From positions 130,961-194,960 of the forward strand of contig DASZER010000043.1 of the NCBI GenBank assembly GCA_035940575.1: DNA of 64,000 nucleotides. Reading direction: 5' to 3'. Source of the stretch: Frankiaceae bacterium. GTDB taxonomy: Bacteria; Actinomycetota; Actinomycetes; BP-191. Shown here in pieces: positions 34,587 through 40,668 of the stretch. The position numbers and the translations under genes were made by a program. Under the pieces are notes generated by a model. That model searched no databases. It was given only the letters and a program-made list of their open reading frames with translations, and was not told the DNA's origin. The first letter of the stretch is position 1, and each line of letters opens with the position of its first letter.

Positions 34587-35207
34587 TCAGCCCCCCAGCT
34601 CGAGGATCTGCGGGAGCTGGAGTACGGCCTTCACCTCGCGGGCGGCCTTGTAGTAGTCGGCCGCCGCCTGCGCGACGGTCTCGCCCGGCAGGTCCTCCTT
34701 GCGCAGCACGCTCAGGCCGAGGTCGGCCGTCGCGTGGATCGGGTTCAGCAGGTCGTCGAACGCCGTCTCGCGGATCGTCAGCGACTTGAGCAGCACCGGC
34801 GTGATCCGCGTCGGGCCCCACGCGAAGAAGATCAGCGGCAGCCGCGTCGGCGGGATCTGCGCGCCGGCGCTCCCGCCGAGCAGGCCGCCCACGAGCCCGC
34901 CGAGCAGCGACGACCCGACCGGCTGCATGAGCATCTCGATCGCCGCGAGCCGCGGCGAGATGCCGAACAGCGTCGTCAGCGGCCCGCCGCTCTCCAGGGC
35001 GTCGGTGGCGTCGAGCTCCAGCGTGACCGAGTAGTCCTCGTTCGGGGGCGCGCCGACCGCGCGCTTGTCGCTCGTCTCGCCCTGGACCGCGACGTGCGCG
35101 AAGACGCGGGTGACGGTCGTCGGGTTGTACTGGAACAGCACGACGGTCGGGATCAGCCCGAGCAGCGGGTCGCTGAACGACAGCAGCATCCCCTTGAGCA
35201 GCGTCAC
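34587..35207 (-). CDS. eCIS tube-fold / tube-initiator-like protein (Afp7 N-terminal-like), family uncertain
   Basis: Sub-ORF of track ORF 34587..35330 from GTG 35207 (GTGA overlap), 206 aa. VVLFQYNPTTVTRVF, PLIFFAWGPTRITPVLLKSLTIRETAFDDLLNPIHATADLGLSVL resemble conserved CIS tube-related proteins as I recall them; needs an HMM check. Confidence 0.45.
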   Translation of the reverse strand: MTLLKGMLLSFSDPLLGLIPTVVLFQYNPTTVTRVFAHVAVQGETSDKRAVGAPPNEDYSVTLELDATDALESGGPLTTLFGISPRLAAIEMLMQPVGSSLLGGLVGGLLGGSAGAQIPPTRLPLIFFAWGPTRITPVLLKSLTIRETAFDDLLNPIHATADLGLSVLRKEDLPGETVAQAAADYYKAAREVKAVLQLPQILELGG

Positions 35208-35368
35208 GTCCGCCCCCCGTCCCGCTGCCGCGCGACGGCCGAGGCGACCGCGTCGGCGACCGTCCGCTCCGGGCCGGCCGGCCACGGGCCGCCGCGCAGC
35301 ACGGTCTCGATCGCGGTCCGCAGCAGGCACGGCGACGGCGCGCGGTCGGTCTCGACGCGGACGTTCAT
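35204..35368 (-). CDS. 54-aa hypothetical protein inside the eCIS operon
   Basis: Tail of track ORF 35204..37186: MNVRVETDRAPSPCLLRTAIETVLRGGPWPAGPERTVADAVASAVARQRDGGRT. ATGA overlap with the AAA+ stop and GTGA overlap with the next start support translation. Confidence 0.4.
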   Translation of the reverse strand: MNVRVETDRAPSPCLLRTAIETVLRGGPWPAGPERTVADAVASAVARQRDGGRT

Positions 35369-37266
35369 CGCGCGCTCCAGGCCTTGCCGAGCTTCTCGTA
35401 CTCGCGGCGCAACGCCCGGTCGACGTGCGCGGGCCCGACCGCCGCGCCGTCCATCGCGGCGAGGAACGCCGCCGACAGCGCCGCCTGCTGGATCGGCCCG
35501 CCCGCGAGCTCGCCCGCCGCGAGCGCGTCGAGGTCGAGGTCGTCCGTCGGCGCGGCGCCGGGGAACGCCCGCCGCCACAGCTCGCGGCGCAGCTCCGCGT
35601 CCGGCAGCTCGAAGCGGATCGAGAACCGCAGCCTGCGCAGGAACGCCTCGTCCAGCGCGGCGCGGCGGTTGGTCGCGAGGATCACCAGGCCGGTGAACGT
35701 CTCCACGCGCTGGAGCAGGTAGTTGACCTCGAGGTTCGCCCAGCGGTCGTGCGCGTCGTGCTGCTCGGTGCGCTTGCCGAACAGCGAGTCGCACTCGTCG
35801 AAGAACAGCACCGCCGCCGCGCGCTCGGCCTCGTCGAACGCGACGGCGAGGTTCTTCTCCGTCTCGCCGATGTACTTCGACACGACCGACGACAGGTCGA
35901 TCCGGTACAGGTCCTGCCCCAGCGCGGCGGCGACGGCCTCGGCGGCGAGCGTCTTGCCGGTGCCCGACGGCCCACCGAACAGCACCGCGACGCCCTGGCC
36001 TCGGGGGAGGCGTCGGCGGAAGCCCCAGTCGTCGAGCACCACGTCCTGGAGGGCGACGTGCGCGACGACCTCGTCGAGCTGCGCGCGCACGTCGGGCGGC
36101 AGCACGAGGTCGTCCAGCGTGAACGCCGGCGCGACGAGCGAGGCGACGCGGTTCAGCTCGTGCTCGGGCTGGCGCCGCGCGGCCTGCCACACGTCGTCCA
36201 GCGCCGGCGTACGGCCCGCCCACGCCGCGTCGAGCGCGGCGCTCGCGACGGCCCTGTCGATCTCCTCCTCGGCGAACGCGAACCGCGCGCCGAGGCGCGC
36301 CGCACCGTCCGCCGCCGCGGCCTCGGCGAAGCCGGCGGCGCGCAGCGCAGCCGTCCAGTGCGCGCGGCGCGCGGCCGGGTCGGGCCGGCGCAGCTCCACG
36401 ACGTGCGCGCCGTACGGCGCGTCGGCCGGGCCGCCGTACGCGAGCAGCGCGCCGTCGCCCGGCGCCCAGGCGAGCTCCTCGAGCCGCGCCGCTTCGACGA
36501 CGGGCAGGGCGGCCTCCAGCCGCGCGAGCAGGCGCAGCTCGGGCGCGGGGCGCGCGTCCTCGACGGCGGGGCGGCCGAGGAGCGCGGCGACGGCGCGAGC
36601 GAGCGCGTGCCCGCCGGCGCCGCGCGGGCCGCGCAGCAGGACGGCGCGCGGGTCCGCGGCGAGGCGGAGCGCGAGGCGTTCGGCCGGCTCGGCGTGGCGA
36701 GGGACCGGCTCCTCGGACGGCTGCGGCGTCGCGAGCGGCGGCAGGCCCGCGAGCACGCGCAACGCCGTCGGCGTCAGACGCAGCGGCCGGTCCGGCCCGG
36801 CGCCGTCCTCGACCACGCCGCCGCGGACGAGCGCGCCGTCCGGCGGCAGCGCGGGCGGCACCGCCACGTCGAACGGCGCGAGCACCAGCCGCAGCAGCGA
36901 CGCGGAGGCGTAACGCCGCCCGCCGTCGTCGTGCGCGCAGCCCAGCACGACGGCGAGCTGCGGGTCCGCGTCGGCCCACCACGCCGCGGCGACCACGAGG
37001 CGTTCGCCGACGTCGAGGGCGAGCACGTCGCCGAGCCTGGCGAACCGTCCGTCGGCGGTCGTCATCGCGTCGACGGCCTTGGCGAACGCCGCGCGGTCGT
37101 CGTCGGAGGCGACCGGCGCCATGCCGACGCCCGCGAGCAGCCGCGCGACGTCGCTGCCCGCGCCGTCGTCGGGCACGGCGGCCCACGTCTCGCGCAGCCG
37201 GGCGAGGTACCCGCCGAACGCCACGTGCAGCGCGTCGAGCGCTGCGACCAGCCCGGGGTCGTTCAC
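35365..37266 (-). CDS. eCIS AAA+ ATPase (Afp15-like)
   Basis: Sub-ORF of track frame 35365..38595 from GTG 37266 (GTGA overlap), 633 aa. Walker A GGPSGTGKTLAAEAVA, Walker B VLFFDECDSLF, VILATNRRAALDEAFLRR, and a long non-ATPase N-terminal region. Confidence 0.9.
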   Translation of the reverse strand: MNDPGLVAALDALHVAFGGYLARLRETWAAVPDDGAGSDVARLLAGVGMAPVASDDDRAAFAKAVDAMTTADGRFARLGDVLALDVGERLVVAAAWWADADPQLAVVLGCAHDDGGRRYASASLLRLVLAPFDVAVPPALPPDGALVRGGVVEDGAGPDRPLRLTPTALRVLAGLPPLATPQPSEEPVPRHAEPAERLALRLAADPRAVLLRGPRGAGGHALARAVAALLGRPAVEDARPAPELRLLARLEAALPVVEAARLEELAWAPGDGALLAYGGPADAPYGAHVVELRRPDPAARRAHWTAALRAAGFAEAAAADGAARLGARFAFAEEEIDRAVASAALDAAWAGRTPALDDVWQAARRQPEHELNRVASLVAPAFTLDDLVLPPDVRAQLDEVVAHVALQDVVLDDWGFRRRLPRGQGVAVLFGGPSGTGKTLAAEAVAAALGQDLYRIDLSSVVSKYIGETEKNLAVAFDEAERAAAVLFFDECDSLFGKRTEQHDAHDRWANLEVNYLLQRVETFTGLVILATNRRAALDEAFLRRLRFSIRFELPDAELRRELWRRAFPGAAPTDDLDLDALAAGELAGGPIQQAALSAAFLAAMDGAAVGPAHVDRALRREYEKLGKAWSAR

Positions 37267-38387
37267 GTGGTCACCGTCGTGGGGAAGGCCGCGCCGGCGA
37301 CGCGCTGCGAGCGAAGGGTGAGGGTGCGCTCGCCCGCGGTCCCGGCGGGGACCACGAACCGCACCTGCGTGGGCGACAGCACCGTCGCCGCCACGCGCGT
37401 GCCGTCGACGAACAGCTCGGTGTCCGTTCCGCAGTGCGCTGTCGTCAGCGTGACGGTCGCGCCCTCGGCGACGGGCGCGCTCGCCGAGAGGATCGTCGGG
37501 ACGACGGTCAGCGCCAGGCTGTCGCCGCGTACCGGAAGGCCCTCCGCGCTCATCGTCACGTCGAGGCGGCGCACGCCGGCGCGCAGGTCGTTGCGCGGCA
37601 GCCGCATCGTCACCGTCGTCGCCGTCGACGCGGTGACGGTCATCGGCCAGCCCGCGTCCGGCGCGCCGGCCGGGTCGCCGGGCTCCGGCGCGAGCGTGAA
37701 CGCCGCGCCCGGCAGCAGGCCGTCGACGGTGACGACGGTCGGAGTGGCCGCCGCGATCCGGCTCGGCGTCGCGCCCGCGAGCCGCGCGCCGCGCGTCGGC
37801 GCGGTGACGAGGCGGCGTTCGCGCACCGGCGGCCCGGGCTCCGACGTCCGCTGCTGCTCGACCGTGACGAGGCTGACGACGTAGCCGACCGACAGCCGGA
37901 TCGGCTCCGACGCCGAGGTCCAGATCTTGGAGAGCGTCTCGAGGTCGAGCGACTCCAGCGCGAACCGCAGCGGCTCCGCGAGCGGCGGCGGCGTCGGCGG
38001 GAGGAACGGCGACCCCGCCCCGACGATCGCGTTCTCGTGCACCGCGCGCATCGCGGCCGCGAGCGCGATGTGCGCGGTCTGCTCCTGGTCTCCGACGGCG
38101 GTCAGGTCGGCGGGGTACGTCGTCAGCAGGTAGTGCAGCTCCAGCGCGAGCGGCGGCGCGCCGCGCGAGGTGTGCGAGCCGGTCGCGGGCGGCTCCATGT
38201 TGCGGTACGCGGCGTTCGGGGCGATGCGGTAGAGGAACCAGTTCAGCCGCGGCCCCTCGGCGTCCCGGTCGAGCGGGCCGACCGTCACCTCGGGGCGGGG
38301 CATCATGCCCGCGTCGACGAGGCCGCGTTCGGCGATGCGCTTGAGCGCGTCGTCCACGACGCGGATCGCCTCGGCGGTGACGGTCAC
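37263..38387 (-). CDS. DUF4255 (Pvc16/Afp16-like) tail terminator/cap protein with C-terminal Ig/IPT-like extension
   Basis: Sub-ORF of track ORF 37263..38558 from GTG 38387 (GTGA overlap), 374 aa. VTVGPLDRDAEGPRLNWFLYRIAPNAAYRN and LELHYLLT match the DUF4255 signature. The C-terminal half is beta-rich (TVVTVDGLLPGAAFTLAP..., TVTLTTAHCG). Confidence 0.8.
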   Translation of the reverse strand: MTVTAEAIRVVDDALKRIAERGLVDAGMMPRPEVTVGPLDRDAEGPRLNWFLYRIAPNAAYRNMEPPATGSHTSRGAPPLALELHYLLTTYPADLTAVGDQEQTAHIALAAAMRAVHENAIVGAGSPFLPPTPPPLAEPLRFALESLDLETLSKIWTSASEPIRLSVGYVVSLVTVEQQRTSEPGPPVRERRLVTAPTRGARLAGATPSRIAAATPTVVTVDGLLPGAAFTLAPEPGDPAGAPDAGWPMTVTASTATTVTMRLPRNDLRAGVRRLDVTMSAEGLPVRGDSLALTVVPTILSASAPVAEGATVTLTTAHCGTDTELFVDGTRVAATVLSPTQVRFVVPAGTAGERTLTLRSQRVAGAAFPTTVTT

Positions 38388-39529
38388 GCGCGGCTCGCAT
38401 GGCGCGACCGCGCGCCGCGCCGGGCGGCGAGCGAGGCGAACGCGTCCGCGGCCGGAGCCGGCGCCGGCGCGGTGACGACGGTGATCTGGTCGATGCGTAC
38501 GGTCGGCTCGGCGGGCGGCGCGGCCTGCGCGGGCGCGGCGGCGGGGGCGTCCCACCACGCCTGCGCGACGTCGGACACGGCCCTGCGGGCCGCACCGCGG
38601 GCGGCGCCCGCGACGTTCGCGGCGGGCGGGGGCGCGGCGGGTGAGACGAGGGCGGTCATTGCCTCGCCTGACGGGGCTGCCTCGACGGCGGGCGGGACCG
38701 TGGGCGGGCCGTCCGCGCCGGCAACCGGCGCCCCACCCTCGCGCGCGGCCAGGTGGGCGGCGACGGTCTGCGCGACGGCGGCATCGGGCGGCCGGGTGGC
38801 GGGCGGCGGGACGGCCGCGGCGGGGGGCGGGGCCGCGGCGGGTGAGACGCGGGCCGACACTGCCGCGGCCGACGGGGCTGCGTCGACGGCGGGCGGGCCC
38901 GTGGGCGGGCCGTCCGCGCCGGCGACCGGCGCCCCGCCCTCGCGCGCGGCCAGGTGGGCGGCGACGGTCTGCGCGACGGCCGCGTCCGCGGCGTCGGGTG
39001 GCCGGGTGGCGGGCGGCGGGACGGCCGCGGCGGGATGGGAGGCCGTGCGGGGCGTCGCGTCGCCGCGTACCGTGGCGGCGGCAGCGGGGCGCACCGCCGC
39101 GACGCCGCTCGCGGTCGGGCCGGTCTCGCCCGTCGCGGCGGTCTCGCCCGTCGCGCCGATCACCGCGCGACCGAGAGGACCGTTCGCACCCGTCGCCGCA
39201 ACGGTCGCCGCGCCACTCGCCACGCCACTCGCCGGGGCAGCGTCCGGTGCCGCGCGGTCGGCGGGACCACCGCTCGCCGCACGGGTCGCGCCGCCCGGCG
39301 CCTTCCCCGCAGGCGAGGTGGCCTCCGCCGCCGAGCCGACCGAGGCCGCCTCCGGCCGCGCCGTCGTCGCGGCGGCCGGCACCACCAGCGCGGCGCCCGC
39401 CTGCACGTCACCGGGGGCGCCCGGCAGCCACCCCGATCCGTCCCCGACCAGGCCGCCCCAGGGCGAGGCCGTACGCACCGCCGGTCGCCGCGCGCGCGCC
39501 ACGAGCCGCGACGCGGCGGAGCCGCTCAC
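38384..39529 (-). CDS. Ala/Pro-rich repeat protein; candidate tail-length tape measure (Afp14 position)
   Basis: Track ORF 38384..39550. Preferred start is GTG 39529, which forms a GTGA overlap with the upstream stop. 381 aa of low-complexity Ala/Pro/Gly sequence with an internal ~67-aa tandem duplication and a C-terminal TVRIDQITVVT segment. Frame chosen by coupling at both ends; a composition-driven artefact cannot be fully excluded. Confidence 0.55.
   Translation of the reverse strand: MSGSAASRLVARARRPAVRTASPWGGLVGDGSGWLPGAPGDVQAGAALVVPAAATTARPEAASVGSAAEATSPAGKAPGGATRAASGGPADRAAPDAAPASGVASGAATVAATGANGPLGRAVIGATGETAATGETGPTASGVAAVRPAAAATVRGDATPRTASHPAAAVPPPATRPPDAADAAVAQTVAAHLAAREGGAPVAGADGPPTGPPAVDAAPSAAAVSARVSPAAAPPPAAAVPPPATRPPDAAVAQTVAAHLAAREGGAPVAGADGPPTVPPAVEAAPSGEAMTALVSPAAPPPAANVAGAARGAARRAVSDVAQAWWDAPAAAPAQAAPPAEPTVRIDQITVVTAPAPAPAADAFASLAARRGARSRHASRA
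38621..39033. repeat. Two-copy tandem direct repeat (about 201 and 210 bp)
   Basis: gtgagacg recurs at 38641 and 38842 (offset 201), and gccgggtggcgggcggcgggacggccgcggcgg recurs at 38791 and 39001 (offset 210). The difference is a 9-bp insertion (gccgcgtcc) in the second copy. The core around ...gtgggcgggccgtccgcgccggc.accggcgcccc.ccctcgcgcgcggccaggtgggcggcgacggtctgcgcgacgg is nearly identical by eye. Confidence 0.85.
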
Positions 39530-40167
39530 CGCCCCTCCGCGACGAGCCACGCGAAGCGGCTACGGCGGTCCGGCGGCAGTGCCTCGATCGTCGCGAGGTC
39601 CCAGCCGTACGTCCTCGCCAGCAGGTGCACCTCGACGTCCGCGTCGTCGAGCACCCGCATCAACGACTCCAGCACCAGCCGCTGCACGTCGACCGGGCTC
39701 TCGACCGTGGCGCCGCACTCCGCGCAGACCGCGACCAACGGCCCCGACAACGTCGTGTCGACGGCGTCGATGTCGTCCGCGGTCGCGGCGCGCGACGGCG
39801 TCCCGACCGTGCAGCGGCGCAGCAGCTCCTCGGTCGCGACGTCGACGTCGGGGGGCAGTCCGGCGAGGTCGGCGTACGTCGGCTCGCGCACGCCGGCACC
39901 CGGCCCCAGCGGCACCGACCGCGGCTCCCACGGCGGCACGGTCCGAGGGCCGAGCAGCACCGAGCTCACCGCGTCGCACGCGCCGCAGGTCAGCGTGAGC
40001 TCGAGGTCGCGACCGGTCACGGCGCGGTGCACGTCGAGCAGCGCGCGGTCGCCCGCGCCGAGGGCCGTGCGCGGCGCGTCGTAGCCGGCCGCCGCGAGCA
40101 GCGCGGTCGCCTGCGCGAGCTCGTCGGGGTGCTCGCGCAGCACGCCGAGCGCGCGCTGGTCGATCAA
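39526..40167 (-). CDS. Cys4 (zinc-ribbon-like) hypothetical protein in the tail-chaperone position
   Basis: Sub-ORF of track ORF 39526..40602. The start is uncertain (TTG 40167 or a GTG a few codons later), about 213 aa. LTCGACDAV ... VAVCAECGATV give a CxxC...CxxC pair. Located between the tube and the putative tape measure. Confidence 0.5.
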   Translation of the reverse strand: MIDQRALGVLREHPDELAQATALLAAAGYDAPRTALGAGDRALLDVHRAVTGRDLELTLTCGACDAVSSVLLGPRTVPPWEPRSVPLGPGAGVREPTYADLAGLPPDVDVATEELLRRCTVGTPSRAATADDIDAVDTTLSGPLVAVCAECGATVESPVDVQRLVLESLMRVLDDADVEVHLLARTYGWDLATIEALPPDRRSRFAWLVAEGR

Positions 40168-40172
40168 CGCGA

Positions 40173-40667
40173 TCAGGCCTCTACCGGCTCGGTCACCGCC
40201 GGGTCGCGTTCCCAGCTCTCGAGCTCGAGCTTGATGGTCTCGATCGCGACCGCGGCGTTGGCGGCGTCGAGCTGCGGCATCGCCTGGTACTCCGACACCC
40301 AGCAGCGGTGCAGGTTGTACGACATCACGCGCTGGCCGGCCTCGTTGAAGACGTCGAGCGTGACGTCCTTGCGGAAGCTCTTGAGCGAGATCGGGTTCTG
40401 CAGCGAGTGGACGAGGTTCGCCCACTTCTCGAACTCGGGGTCGTGGGTGACGCCGCGTTCGAGCGTCACGCCCTCGTACTTCGTCACGCCCGGGCTCTTG
40501 CGCTCGCGCGAGGGGTCCGCGCCGTCGCGGTGGACGACGGGCGTCGTCGTCCGCTTCAGCGCGCTCATCTTCGACAGCCCCGCGACGTAGTTGCCGTCCC
40601 ATCGGACGCGGAACATGAAGGACTTGTACGGGTCGAACCGCGTCGCGTTCACCGTGAACTGCGCCAC
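40173..40667 (-). CDS. Phage tail tube protein (T4 gp19-like, Afp1-like)
   Basis: 164 aa. MAQFTVNATRFDPYKSFMFRVRWDGNYVAGLSKMSALKRTTTPVVHRDG... is a typical gp19/conserved phage tail region pattern. Confidence 0.9.
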   Translation of the reverse strand: MAQFTVNATRFDPYKSFMFRVRWDGNYVAGLSKMSALKRTTTPVVHRDGADPSRERKSPGVTKYEGVTLERGVTHDPEFEKWANLVHSLQNPISLKSFRKDVTLDVFNEAGQRVMSYNLHRCWVSEYQAMPQLDAANAAVAIETIKLELESWERDPAVTEPVEA

Positions 40668-40668
40668 C

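Noticed and set aside
37434-39998. 854-aa plus-strand ORF, and 38641..40590 (+), as alternatives to the Ala/Pro-rich minus-strand gene
   Set aside because: All frames here are low-complexity, so composition alone cannot decide. I chose the minus frame because both of its ends form GTGA overlaps with well-supported neighbours. The plus ORFs also run antisense through the DUF4255 and Cys4 genes. Residual uncertainty is acknowledged.
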